DNA from: Octopus sinensis
Taxonomy: Eukaryota
DNA: 64,000 bases
Direction of reading: 5' to 3'
NCBI RefSeq assembly: GCF_006345805.1
Contig: NW_021833065.1
Location: 1-64,000 of the forward strand
How positions within the stretch are numbered: the first letter of the stretch is position 1; each line of letters opens with the position of its first letter. The position numbers and the translations under genes were made by a program. Positions 49,201-60,316 of the stretch are shown here, in pieces. The notes under the pieces were generated by a model. It searched no databases. It was not told where the DNA came from and saw only the letters and a list, made by a program, of their open reading frames with translations.

Positions 49201-52200
49201 TAACCACTCATTGTTATTACTCCAACTTCAAATTTTTTATTGAGCAATATTAGTGACTACATTCTGGGTTTTATTTTCATAATTATCCCTGGTGGATTTT
49301 TGTCTCTTCTTTAGACGCAGCCGAGTGAACAGTGGCGGCAGTTGTTCTGAAGCAGCATTGTCTCAAGATGAAAATAGCAATATGGGTAGCAATCAAACAA
49401 CAGCTCTTTCATCTCCACTGGCAGTAGCCCCTTCTCTGGTAGTTACCCTTGCTGGACAAATTTCTAGCCCACAGTCAGTAACTGTGACGGCACCTACTAC
49501 TGTAACTACTATAACACCAACTACTTCACTTTCATCAAGCCTTTCACAAACTCCTCCAGTTCAACCACCACCACAGTCTGCTCCACAAAATATAAATCAA
49601 CAAAATGACATTTCAAATACACCATCAAGTTTCAAGTTCAAAACCAAGAAAGTAGGTTATTTTCATAATTTAATTTTATAAAATGAAAATTTATGATGCC
49701 AAATATTTTCCAAACGTTTTTGTGTTCCTTTATTCAGTTATGTATTTAAGTAAGAAATTTTGAATAAGAAACTTTTCTAAACATAGATTTTATTATTCAT
49801 TTCTTTATTTTATTTAGATGAGTGAATGGCTAGAAGGCAAAGATACGAAAACAGTATTACCAGCTACCAAAACAGAACCATTGGAGGTCAACATAGAAGA
49901 AACTGCATTTGTTACTTGCTTCCATAGTCCACGTAGCTCATTGGAGCATCTTCATCGGAGAATGAGTCACATTTCAGTTTCTGGTAAAATGGACTCAAGT
50001 GTTGGATCTGCTAAAAAAGTAAGTAAATATAATTATAAATAATGATGGGGTGAAGTTTTTACTAAAATACTGCCTCATGATTTTCTTGTACAAGGAATGT
50101 GTGTATCAACTCAAAACACAAGTGATTAAAATAATTAAGTTGAATTGATTGCTTCAGTATTGATCAAAATAAAGACAACTACTTTTTCTATTGTAATATT
50201 AAAACCATATCTAGTTGTAAGTTGTTTGCTCCAACACAGTTACATAGTTATGTAATTCATACTAATGTGAGCAATATACGAATTTTATTAAACTATATAA
50301 ATACTTCTAACTATATCTTAATCAACATCTTTATTAGCAGTTCTTAATTTATCTGTAAAATTAATGCCATTTGTTTAGAGAAAATAAAGGTTTTAATTTT
50401 CTTGAGTATGTGTGAACATGGGAACCTAAAAATTAAATTGAAATTTTTTGTTTTCCTTTTTTTAGCGTTGGCTTCGTCAAGCTATGCATGAGACTGGTCC
50501 TACTGGCATGGACAGTGGCAAGGACTCCCCTCAACCCATCAATTCTGTAGTCTGTGATGTGGCAAGTCCAAATGCTGTTGCCTCCATGCCAAGTCCTGGA
50601 GCTTCTCCTCAAGCAGGTAAAATACCTTTATTCTAATTAACAAAAGATATAAACAAAGCAATAAAATATTTCTGATTTTTACCTGTTTGTTGACAACAAA
50701 AAAAAACAACTTTGTACTGCAGATTTTGTCACTCCACTGAAGAAACGAAGGTTAGCTAGAGAGTCTCTGTCATCAGATCAGCCACTCATGTCTACTCCGT
50801 CCACATCCTCACCATCACAGACATCTAACCTCGATGTACCGTCGACATCTGCTCACTCAATAAGCTTTGAAGATTCTGATATTAAGTCAAGTCAGCAATT
50901 AAAATCACCACCAGAAGATCTGCATTTAGAGGTAATTATTTTATACGTCAACACACATTCCAATATTTGAGAGATGAGGAATTATGTACATTTGACGGAT
51001 ATTTGTCCTTATCTTGTTTGTTGTTAACACAACGTTTCAGCTGATGTACTCTCTAGCCTTTTTGAGATATCTTGGAGAAGTTTCGAACCTGGGTTCTCAT
51101 CCTAAGATATTTTCCCAATATTATTTAGGTCACTGCCTGGAATTGAACTTGGAATCTTGGGGTTAGTAGCCCATGCTCTTAAACACTACGCCATATGCCC
51201 GTAGGTGTATGGCGTAGAGGTTAAGAGCATGGGCTGCTAACCCCAAGATTCCAAGATTGATTCCAAGCAGTGACCTGAATAATAATAATAACAATATTGG
51301 AAAAATACCTTAGGAATGAAAACCCAAGTTCGAAATTCCCCCAGGACACTTGATGAAGGCTGGAGAGTACATGAGCCGAAACGTTGTGTTAACAACAAAC
51401 AAGATGAGGACAAATATCCATCAAATGTAAATAATGTACACATTCCAACATTTATTTACTGGATCTAGTGGTCAATCCATACCAACATGGAAAGGGTATG
51501 TAAAACAATGATGTCAAGCATTCCATATTTAATTAACATTTTGTAAGTTTCCAAATATAATTACATTATATTTTAACAGTAGAACATTTAACCCTTTAGT
51601 GTTTAAACTGGCCATATCCGGCCAAAAGTATTCTGCCTGTTTTATGTTCAAACTGGCCAGATCTGGTCTCTCACACCAACCCTACAATATTGTTTTAAAA
51701 ATTAACAGCTACCTCATAGCTACAAAACAATGCATGATTAGTTCAAAACTATTTGGATAAAAAAGGATTAATTTTGGCAGAATAATGCAAACACTAAAGG
51801 GTTAAGAATTATGTTTTTCTTTGATAATTTTCTTTCTTTACTTTATCATCTTTCTAGAAATACAAATTGATCTCAGCTGAAGCTAACTATTCTGGAATGG
51901 GATCAGAACTCAGGGACTTAATAGAAAGTGATACATGTGAATCCCAACCACCACCTTACAGTGATTCTACTCGAGGAATATCTGACAGTGAAGAGACAAG
52001 TGGGCCTGAAGGATTGGAGAGTTTAGCTGCTGCTGCAGAACAATGCAGTGCAGTTGATGTATCATCTTGTAATTCTAGAACAAATCTTTTGTCACAAGTA
52101 ACAACTCTACAATCAATGACTGCTGATCATGTAAAATCTGAATGTGAAGATGACGAAACACTGGATGCGAGTGAAACTACAGAACATCAAAACCCAGACA

Positions 52201-53030
52201 CTCTTGATAGTGCCAACCATTTTGAACAAAATTCTATAAAAGAAGAAATTGCATGTGAAACAAAAGAGCTTACAAATACAAAACCTCTTTCAGAAAATTC
52301 TACATGGACTACATTATCTCATGATTCTGTAAAGGATCATGTTGAAGGAGAAATAAAGCATTCAGAAGCAATGGCATCTAACTCTCTTGCTGTCCAACCT
52401 GTTTTCACAAACTTTTCTAATGTATTTAAAAAACAAAAAGAGAATTCATCAGACATTCATCCCTTTGAAATTAAAAAGGAAAAAATTCAAGAGACCTGTG
52501 ATGATAAAAGTTCTAGTATTAATGAGGTAAAATCTGAATACTCACAAAAACATGTACTTGAAAATTCTGTTGATCATGCTGAAACCCCAACATGTGATAG
52601 TGGAACAAATATACATTTTTCATTAGAAAAAGAGGTACCCAAGTCTGAATGCAGTGTGCTGCCTATTCGACGAGACTCTTGTCAATTTTCCCCACAAGCG
52701 GGTAAAGATGGCAGAAATCAAGCCAGTGATGTAGTTGGTGTTGGTGAGAGTATAGACTCTAAAATCAGAGAAACTCACCACCAGAACACTTCATGTGCAA
52801 CACACCTACAATCTGATTTGTGTACTAGTGTTAGAATATCTGTTACAGAAAAAGAAAATTCTATTCGCAATGAAGTGGATATGGATACTTCTACAAATGT
52901 TGCCAATTATGGACAACTTCCAGCACCAGTAGAGATAGATACATTAATAAATACTGTACTACCTACTGTTCCTGCACCCAATTTAATTCTAGAATCCTCT
53001 CTACCTACAAAAGCTCCTTCAAAGAAAAAG
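31198..53030 (+). CDS. KMT2E: KMT2E/SETD5 (MLL5/UpSET-family) inactive histone-lysine methyltransferase; spliced CDS of 23 exons, 3' end apparently missing from window
   Basis: Phase-consistent GT-AG exons sum to 4524 nt. Motifs in MLL5 order: MAAG-PES, GLPYQ-DHNY-PPPTPP, PHD, SET ([11 protein letters not shown]), [35 protein letters not shown]|. Confidence 0.92.
31596..31698 (+). CDS. KMT2E: KMT2E coding exon 2 (PESREA...CFGLPYQ); alternative in-frame donor at 31707
   Basis: TTTCAG acceptor; PES and GLPY motifs; donors GTTAAA (31699) or GTAATT (31708). Confidence 0.85.
32428..32636. mobile_element. piggyBac-like MITE
   Basis: TTAA-CCTTTAGCATTCA ... TGAATGCTAAAGGG-TTAA. Confidence 0.85.
32834..33057 (+). 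CDS. KMT2E: KMT2E coding exon 3 (DHNY motif, Pro-rich, first half of PHD finger)
   Basis: [17 protein letters not shown]...[21 protein letters not shown]; AG|GTGGGT donor. Confidence 0.93.
33241..33377 (+). CDS. KMT2E: KMT2E coding exon 4 (second half of PHD finger)
   Basis: [26 protein letters not shown]; canonical splice sites. Confidence 0.95.
33807..34431. repeat. 75-bp dispersed direct repeat (33807-33881 and 34357-34431)
   Basis: TACCTAGTGCCA...GAGTCTTTTCCTGAT twice, with 2 mismatches. Confidence 0.9.
36480..36755 (-). mobile_element. Decayed tRNA-derived SINE
   Basis: Reverse complement has ATAGCCAAGTGGTTAGGGTG...GGTTTTGATTCCCAGAC, the same family as 16447. Confidence 0.7.
38061..38126 (+). 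CDS. KMT2E: Candidate KMT2E cassette exon (66 nt, phase 1-1; [22 protein letters not shown])
   Basis: TTTAACTGTTTCAG acceptor, G|GTAAGA donor, open frame compatible with both flanking exons. Confidence 0.6.
39172..39353 (+). CDS. KMT2E: KMT2E coding exon ([11 protein letters not shown], Lys-rich)
   Basis: DTSAT motif follows the PHD as in MLL5; phase 1 to 0. Confidence 0.9.
39979..40017 (+). CDS. KMT2E: KMT2E coding exon (39 nt, [13 protein letters not shown])
   Basis: TAG acceptor, AAG|GTAAGT donor, phase 0-0. Confidence 0.75.
40117..40190 (+). CDS. KMT2E: KMT2E coding exon
   Basis: [24 protein letters not shown]; TTAG / GTAAGT; phase 0 to 2. Confidence 0.8.
40316..40433 (+). CDS. KMT2E: KMT2E coding exon
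   Basis: SMVQEHEKE...KVNGQM; TTTAG / GTAAGT; phase 2 to 0. Confidence 0.8.
40738..40815 (+). CDS. KMT2E: KMT2E coding exon (pre-SET)
   Basis: [26 protein letters not shown]; GCAG / GTAAGT. Confidence 0.82.
41314..41414 (+). CDS. KMT2E: KMT2E coding exon (SET N-part)
   Basis: [21 protein letters not shown]; EYxG SET motif. Confidence 0.9.
41549..41666 (+). CDS. KMT2E: KMT2E coding exon (SET core)
   Basis: [37 protein letters not shown]. Confidence 0.95.
42737..42846 (+). CDS. KMT2E: KMT2E coding exon (SET C-part)
   Basis: [32 protein letters not shown]; GG|GTGAGT. Confidence 0.93.
43417..43497 (+). CDS. KMT2E: KMT2E coding exon (post-SET CAC..NCP)
   Basis: [17 protein letters not shown]; phase 2-2. 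Confidence 0.9.
43587..43797 (+). CDS. KMT2E: KMT2E coding exon (Thr/Ala-rich)
   Basis: Within ORF 43528-43809; TTTCAG / GTATGG; phase 2 to 0. Confidence 0.85.
46851..47408 (+). CDS. KMT2E: KMT2E coding exon (Ser/Pro/Ala-rich disordered region)
   Basis: In frame with ORF 46920-47459; TTCTAG / GTAAGT; 558 nt, phase 0-0. Confidence 0.88.
47932..48060 (+). CDS. KMT2E: KMT2E coding exon (conserved coiled segment)
   Basis: [28 protein letters not shown] matches the MLL5/SETD5 motif. Confidence 0.93.
48876..48958 (+). CDS. KMT2E: KMT2E coding exon
   Basis: [17 protein letters not shown]...; TACAG / GTAAGC; phase 0 to 2. Confidence 0.82.
49093..49128 (+). CDS. KMT2E: KMT2E coding exon (36 nt, basic [12 protein letters not shown])
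   Basis: Strong pyrimidine tract plus CAG, AG|GTATTT; phase 2-2. Confidence 0.78.
49315..49651 (+). CDS. KMT2E: KMT2E coding exon (...SSFKFKTKK)
   Basis: Within ORF 49292-49681; TTAG / GTAGGT. Confidence 0.87.
49818..50018 (+). CDS. KMT2E: KMT2E coding exon (MSEWLEGK...GSAKK)
   Basis: EWL motif; TTTAG / GTAAGT; phase 0-0. Confidence 0.87.
50466..50616 (+). CDS. KMT2E: KMT2E coding exon (RWLRQAM...)
   Basis: Completes the KKRWLRQA motif (MLL5 KKRWLKQA). Confidence 0.9.
50723..50931 (+). CDS. KMT2E: KMT2E coding exon ([13 protein letters not shown]...)
   Basis: TPLKKRR motif; phase 1 to 0. Confidence 0.9.
50969..51437. mobile_element. Palindromic retroelement: two head-to-head units of tRNA-like head plus minimal hammerhead-like tail, with 16-bp TSD
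   Basis: 50981-51197 is the reverse complement of about 51205-51435; TSD ACACATTCCAAYATTT at 50953-50968 and 51438-51453. Confidence 0.88.
51588..51805. mobile_element. piggyBac-like MITE
   Basis: 13-bp TIR CCCTTTAGTGTTT / AAACACTAAAGGG flanked by TTAA on both sides; opposite orientation to the 32428 copy. Confidence 0.9.
51858..53030 (+). CDS. KMT2E: KMT2E large coding exon (391 codons, acidic/Ser-rich, ends APSKKK)
   Basis: ORF 51867-53063; TTTCTAG acceptor and AAG|GTGAGT donor; phase 0-0. Confidence 0.88.
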
Positions 53031-54203
53031 GTGAGTTTTGGGCAAAATCTATGCAGCCATTAGCCCTTTATTTTTTTACAAATTTCTATATAAAATTGTT
53101 TAATTGATCATGGTGCTATTTTATCATTAATCACTGTATATGTACCTGGTAAGTAGTGCAACTATAACCCAACGTCCCTTATAGCATACACAATACTAAG
53201 TTTCCATTGCATTTTCAGTGATAAGCTCCACATTCAGTTGGGTTTAATAAATTGCAGCTGATAGCCAAATTTAAATTTGGTGTTCCTCAGGGATTCAAAC
53301 ACATTTCTGATATCTGTGTAATTGTCTCATCTTGTTACTTTTTTGTGTTTTTACTTGTAATTATAAAATCAATTATCAGTTGTGATATGTTCTAAGAAGA
53401 GGAAATAGAATTATACCAATGACATTTAACATTGTAGTTTTGATGAAAACATTAAAGATGGATCCTGTCTGTTAAGTGGGATACTTTATTTCTAGGTCAT
53501 TAAACTAAGAGCAACAACGTTTTAGGGTATCTTTTTCATCCTTAGTCTCAAGTCATGAATATGATTTTGTTCAACCTACATTTCAAATATAGTAGATCAG
53601 AATGAATGCTATCAACCAGTCCCTAAAGTATTAAAGTGAATACACTAACAATTGTCCCTTCATCGTAAGGTGCTGTTGTTGTCCTAGCTTTTGATAGCAC
53701 CCACTGTGCATGCATAATGTTTCAACATACAAATGGATTAAGACTGCCCAATCTGTTCTTGTATAATAGTTGTAAGCTGTTGGTTTTTTTATATTTTTTC
53801 ATTAATCAAATAAATTATTTGGGTAAGTGAATTTTGAGAGAGTGTGTGTGTAAGTACATATTGTTTGAACAGCAGACAAAATAGTTGGTTGTATTTGTTC
53901 AAGCTCTTTTACTTCCAAGTTCAACTTTGCCTTTTCATCCCTCCATATTTGATGAAGTACCTATTGAGTACTGAGGTCAATTTTATCAACTAACTTCCTT
54001 TCTCGAATTTCAGGTTGTTAGAAACAATTATTTAATAAAATGTAAAATATTTCCCTCTAATTATTTAATATTACATTTCAGTTTTATTTTACATGTTTGC
54101 TGTATCTTAGACAATTTTTTTTTCACAATATATTTATTTTCTAACTTGTCCAATATTCTATTGTATGCTTCTTGACATACGCTTTTTTAATACATTTTTT
54201 TAC

Positions 54204-54421
54204 TTAACCTTTTTAATACCAACCCACTAGAGAACACCTCCAGTTCTAATTTTAAATTGTTCGATTTTATTTTTAAAAATTTTCCATTAAATTACTTTCC
54301 AAACTATTTTAATAATTAGAAATTTAGTTATTTTATGAAATTCCTCCAAATTCTTGGCAAATTTTGAAAATTAAAAACAATATCTGTGTATTTCAATAGA
54401 GATATGGTGATGAAATGGTTA
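54204..54421. mobile_element. Decayed TTAA-flanked MITE, second family
   Basis: TTAACCTTTTTAATACC ... GGTGATGAAATGGTTAA imperfect TIRs. Confidence 0.45.
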
Positions 54422-56834
54422 AGTGAAAATAAGCATTCAAATATAATTGCATGTGTTATGAAATCCATTGTTCTCAGTTGCTATTCTATTTTACTCATAT
54501 TTCATTCATTCCAATATTTCTGGAGTTAATATTTGTCAAAGTACAGTAAAATTATCTAAATGTATAATGAAAGTCGTTTGACCACCTCTGAAATACACAA
54601 GGTATTAATACTCTCTTCATCAAAATTATTTATTTTACCCAAGTCTCTTTTGACTCTCTTGTTATACAAATAAATGGTCCCTGTGAGATTAAAGATTGCA
54701 GCACTATTTCAGACACCTTTCAGTGCAGTTTGTTATATTTGGATAGCTTCAACATAATTTGAAACTAACATCAACAGAGTTTATACCTTTCTGCTATTAT
54801 ATGAATATCTTATTTGGATCAAAATCCCTAATTCAGACATCCTTTAAAAATCTGTTTTTATCTCTGCAACATCTTTTAGTCAATAGACTTTCACTTCTTT
54901 ACGTTGATCAATCCAGGGGTGCAATCTTTATACTTTATATCTTCAGTTGCCTGAAGAATTAAAACCCTATTTTTTATCTTGCATAAAAATTGTAGCCATC
55001 AACTATTCCTAAATTATATTTATTAGTGCAATATAACTATTTAATTTGAGCTAAAAATCTACATTTTCCCAATAATTGTGACAGTGAATCCTGTCCTTTT
55101 TAAGCTACAATTGACATATCAAGTTGTGAGGGTTTCAGAAAATGCTGGACAGATACATTGAGAAGCTCAAGTGGAATGATATCTCCATGAACACTGTATA
55201 ACTTAGTCAATACTGTTATTTATATTTTGGTTTTTTTGTTTTTTTAATTCAGTACTTTTTATAAGTATATGTATATACTAAATGTACAAATGAGAATTTG
55301 TATTTTCTTTCAAAACCAAACTCATTGTAGTCCAGAATAACATCTAACTCCTAAACTGTGTGGGTCAGAAAATTAGCACTTGTTTGAAACTTGTTACATT
55401 TCGGCTTTTACTTAGCTAAAAGAATTCACTCTAAAGGAAATAACAACTGGAGTTTTTAAGTGAGTTGACAGTGGCTAATTAAGTTACAACTTTACAAAAC
55501 CCTGCCACACATTGCCAATAAAACAAGCTTTCTATTGAAAGGCACTTTCTCTAAATATTTCTACAAATATAGTAGTCAGGAGACTTCACATGTTGCTTCC
55601 GTTTACAGCATCGCCTGGCCCCTTAGTAGAATATATTGTTGCAAGCATTCAGGTTTCCTGTCTTAGAATTTCCTCCTACATGCTTTAAAGTTTCCTCCTA
55701 CATGCTTTAAAGTCTCTATAAAGTATCATAAGCATTGCCCTTCTCAGTCCCAGCAGACCTTACTCTGTTGTGAAGTATGCTTTTCAACCACATAGTTTTG
55801 AGTTTAGTCCCACTGCATGGCACCTTATACTTGTAAGATCCAGGCCAATCAATGGCTCATGAGTGAATTCCATAGAAGGAAATGTGTGTGTATGTGTGAC
55901 TGAATTTTTGTATTCAGTATGTTGCATGAAAAAGCACTTAGCTACAAGCACTGGAATTTGTTGTCATTCTCATTGCTGGCTCTGCACATTCAAAGATAAG
56001 TGGAATAAAATATCCCTTAGTTGAAAACAGGTAAGAATTAGCAACTGGAAGAACATTTAGCTATAAATGATGCTTCGATGATATGTATTCATGTAACCTA
56101 TGCTTGAATGGAAAAAATGGGCATAAAATGAACTAACAAATCCAAGGAATTAAGCAGTCTTCTCTGATGCTCTTCCAGCTAACTTTTTTCCCAAAGAGTG
56201 AAATGAGCCATTTTTTGCACGCGTTTGTTTATTGAACTTTCACTTTTCATCTTATTTACATTCTCATACACCATTTATTATAAGAAGCTACAATTTTCTT
56301 ATCATCCAACCTCTGAAAGACCCATAAGTTATCAACAGCAAGGTAGAATTATCTGCTCTCAGCAACAAATTAACTTGCTGTGGTCTCAAAAAGATAAGTT
56401 GTTTGTGGTTCAACAAGTGTTCTGGTAAATGTAACTAATGCATTGCCTTTTATTCTAAAGATAGAAATCCATATCTTGCCAAGAAGTATTCTGTAGGAAG
56501 TTTGTGAATATTCAAAGAACCAAATAGGGTGAAGATCATATAAATCAGAACTCTTTGAATAAAGTAATTATGGAAGTAAAGATGGTTTTTTTTTTTTATG
56601 TCTGTCTTTCTATATCTGAATGATAGAAAAATGTAGTACTTGTCTGAGTTATATAAAGGATGACAATTTGTTGTTAAGTAGAGGAAATAAACTTATGTCT
56701 CTTAAGTGGCAACTATGCAAAAATAGAATAAGTTTAATTTATGTTCAGTTTGTCAAGAACTTTAATTTAGCAGAAGTAGACGTAGTAATTATAATTGTAT
56801 TTGTTCAAGTTTACATAAATGTTACGGACTAAGT

Positions 56835-57250
56835 GCAGTGCAGGCATGGCTTTGTGGTTGGTAAGTTTACTTCCTAACCATATGGTTTCAGGTTCAGCCC
56901 CACTGCATGGCACCTTGGATAGCTGGTTTCTACTGGGTTGATCAAAGCTTTATGAGTGGATTTAATGAAAGAAATCTGTGTGTGGTGTGTGTATACATGG
57001 ATTCATATTTCCTTTCATCTTGTATGTTTGCTGATTATAAACAAAAGGTGCATTTAAAAATGTCATTTGTTTTCATTTCTCTGTATAATCATGTTTGTGT
57101 TATGTTGTTCGATATTATCTTGGTTAGAAATTAGTTGTTGAGGGTTTTCAGAAAAAGCATCCAGCTGTGAAAAAATTTCTGCTCTGATTTAGTTTTGTCT
57201 GACCCATGTAAGCATGGAAAAGTAGACAATAAAATGATGATAATGATGAC
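56835..57250 (+). mobile_element. Decayed tRNA-derived SINE with RTE-type tail
   Basis: GCAGGCATGGCTTTGTGG...GGTTCAGCCCCACTG head; tail GCATGGAAAAGTAGACAATAAAATGATGA. Confidence 0.65.
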
Positions 57251-58784
57251 ACGTTAAGAGCAGCCACTAACATAATAAATATACATAGTCCCTTGCTCTT
57301 AAAAAATTTTAAAACATATCTTTAATAATGTGTACTCATCATCATTTAATGTTCATCTTCCATGTTAGCATAGTTAGACAGTTTGAAAGGATCCAACAAG
57401 CCAGAGGATTTCATTAAACTCCAATGTCTGTTATGGCATAATTTCCTTGACTGGATGCCCTTAATACACCACTTTATAGGGTGCTTTTTTTCTATGGTAC
57501 CAACATTTTTGAAGTTGCCAAGTAACTCAAGACAACAAAAGGTTGGGAGTAAAGAAAATGATTTAATGCCAGGTGTTGAGAGGGTAAAATATGATAGAGG
57601 GACCGGCATACATGTCTTGATATATAGGAGATACATAGCTACCTTGCATTATATTACGAGTGGGTGTGAATAGCTGGAAAGAAGATGGTGGTGGTGGCCA
57701 GGTGTCAGAATATATTCTCAAGATACAAAATGAGAGAATATGGACGCAGAATCAGGAAGTGACAAGTTAGAGATGGGTGTAGAGACGGAGGAGTGGTTGG
57801 TGATAAATATTATAAGGTGTGATGAAGATGAAAGAAATGGCAGTACAGGATGGGTGGAGGAAAATAGAGTTGAAGTGCAATGTGAATGTGGAGGTGGTGG
57901 AATATGTACAGTGTCAGAGGTACATAGGAGTGGTTATAGTGAATGGAAATGGAGGTGGAGAGAGGCCACCAATGGTAGATATGAAAGGATGATAGTTAAG
58001 AGAGAGCATGGTAGCCCTAAGATGTAGCTTCAAGTAGAGGGAGTGATGGGTGATCAGGGAAGCTCAGAAAGGGTAATCAGTAAAAATAAAGTGGGAAGGA
58101 ATAATATTGAGAATGAGGGATGGATTTGAAAAAGAAATGGGTCTAAGGATATTTGAGAAAATCTATTTTCCATGTGCCCTTAGTGTTTATTGCTTGAGCA
58201 CGTTTACATACAAAGGTTACTTTCTCTGTTACCTTCTTGTGATTCCAATGCACCTCGTGTGTCTAAGTTTGCACTGGGTACACTATATGGAATTCCTGCC
58301 TGCAACTTTCCTACGTATGAATCAGGGCTATTTACCTGACAGGAGTTATGTCCTATCTATTTCCTACTGGCTAGGACCAAGTTTGTAATTCTATTTATAT
58401 CTAGTAGTAGCTGACTATAATGCTGCTACACCAGTCGTTGTGTATAACACATTCCTGTACAACCTGGTTAACTAGGCCAAATCTTATTCTACCAGATCTT
58501 TTAAGTATCTCAACAATGATTTCTATTGAGCCATAAGCTTTCTCCTGCCTTCATATCCATAATTGCTATATCTATCATACTCTTGTTGACTAGTATAATT
58601 GGTCCATATGAATTTTCCAAATTGTTGCAATGGTAGGTAACTTTCTTCAGGTGTTGTAGGCAGCAATTTTAGCAGTTGCACACGAACTACTTGAGAGACA
58701 GACCATAAAGAATGGTATCAGTCGTCTGCTTAACTGCCTTGTTTGGATACAGAGCAAAGTACAAGAGCTTAGAATAATAATTAT

Positions 58785-59170
58785 TATTTCTATTATAAAG
58801 ACGAGACCATATATTTTGAGAGAAGGAACAGCTGATTAAATTTCCCCAGTTCTTAACCCAGAGGCTTGGAAAAGCGAAGTCAATCGTCGGCTACTTTTAC
58901 CTACAATTAAAGGGGCGTAACTAAATATATTGTCCAATTTTGGATAGAAAATGGAATTATTATTTGTAAACATTAAGGCGGCAAAATCGTTAGTGGATCG
59001 AGCAAAATCTGACTTTTTACATTCAAGTTTAAATTTTGCCGAGGTCGACTTTGCCTTTAATCCTTTCGGAATCTATAAAATAAGTACCAGTTGAGCCCTG
59101 GGGTCGACGTGATCGACTAACGTCCACTCCTAAAATTGTTGACCATGTGCCAACATTTGAAACAATTATT
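58785..59170. mobile_element. Two SINE copies of one family in divergent orientation (minus about 58785-58940, plus about 58975-59170)
   Basis: Plus copy contains GTCGACTTTGCCTTTAATCCTTTCGG...ATAAGTACCAG; the left copy and 14262-14452 match its reverse complement. Confidence 0.6.
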
Positions 59171-60316
59171 TGTAAACACACGATTCTCTGCTTTAAGCAG
59201 TATTGCAGGCTTTATCTTTCAGCAAAACTAAATGGATCACTTATTAAAAAAGAAAGGAGTGAAACTTTTTGTATTCAATTGTTATTTCACAATGCCCACA
59301 TAAAAATATTAAATCAAATTATTACCTTGTAGGGGACTTCTTTTTTTTTTAAATGACCGGGGTATAAATGGAATATGTTTTTCAGAGAATTCTTTCGTGT
59401 TCATCAGGGTACTACGCTAATTTATATTCATTTATTCCTATGCTTTTGTTTTCATATTCGTTATTTTTCACTGCTGTTTATAATATAAAAGTGATTGAAA
59501 ATCTTTTTTTTTTTGTTTTGTCCAGGAACACGACAAAATCTGTTTTGTGTTTATTGCTTGTGCATATATACATACAAACATGTTGTTTCTAAATAGAGTA
59601 TGCATTACAAACAAAATATCGAAACCCATTATTACCTATTTAATATTGAACAATTCCAACATTCATTTTTCGTTCATCAAAAGTTGTTTTGATGCGTTAT
59701 AAGATTCAATATTCTCTCAACATCCCGAACAACGAGAATGTGCGTGTGAGCATGCATGCATGCATACACACACACACACGCACATTAATTTAGTGCAGAT
59801 GCAAACGCAAATGGCATACTGTACGATTATATTTATAAAACAAGACATTTGCTTGTATGGTAAAAATAGAGACGCCCGGAGTTATTTCGAGGACACAAGA
59901 AATAAATACCAAAACGATAGCTCAGAAATTTACTTACATTTACGAAAGGTGAGGAAAAAAGACAGATTAATTTCCCGGTCACAGAAGTTCGATAATGTAC
60001 AACTGAATCTCGAGTACCACATTGTTTTCAATTTTATTGTCATGCTATTTCCATAAATATTTAATATTGTGTGTGTGAATCTCGACATCATCCTGTCTGT
60101 GTATTGAGGCTGCGGTATTTAAGAGCATTCGGTATTTCGCGTAACCTTTACTGTTTTTATACACTCCTCGCATTTACCGTTTATTAAATATATGGTGGAA
60201 TATTGGGAGTGTCAGAGAAAATGCCTACAGTAATTTAGTTCTTTACTTTTCTTTATTCCTGTGTCGATAAAATAATTACCAGTCAAGTACTGAGGCTGAA
60301 TTAATATTCATTTAAG

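Noticed and set aside
49800-49830. Missing two residues between KTKK and MSEWL (microexon or shifted acceptor)
   Set aside because: No in-frame alternative AG or 6-nt microexon found; the direct phase-0 join works.
51205-51275. tRNA-Ser-like sequence
   Set aside because: Degenerate acceptor and T arms, and embedded in a TSD-flanked repeat; a SINE head rather than a tRNA gene.
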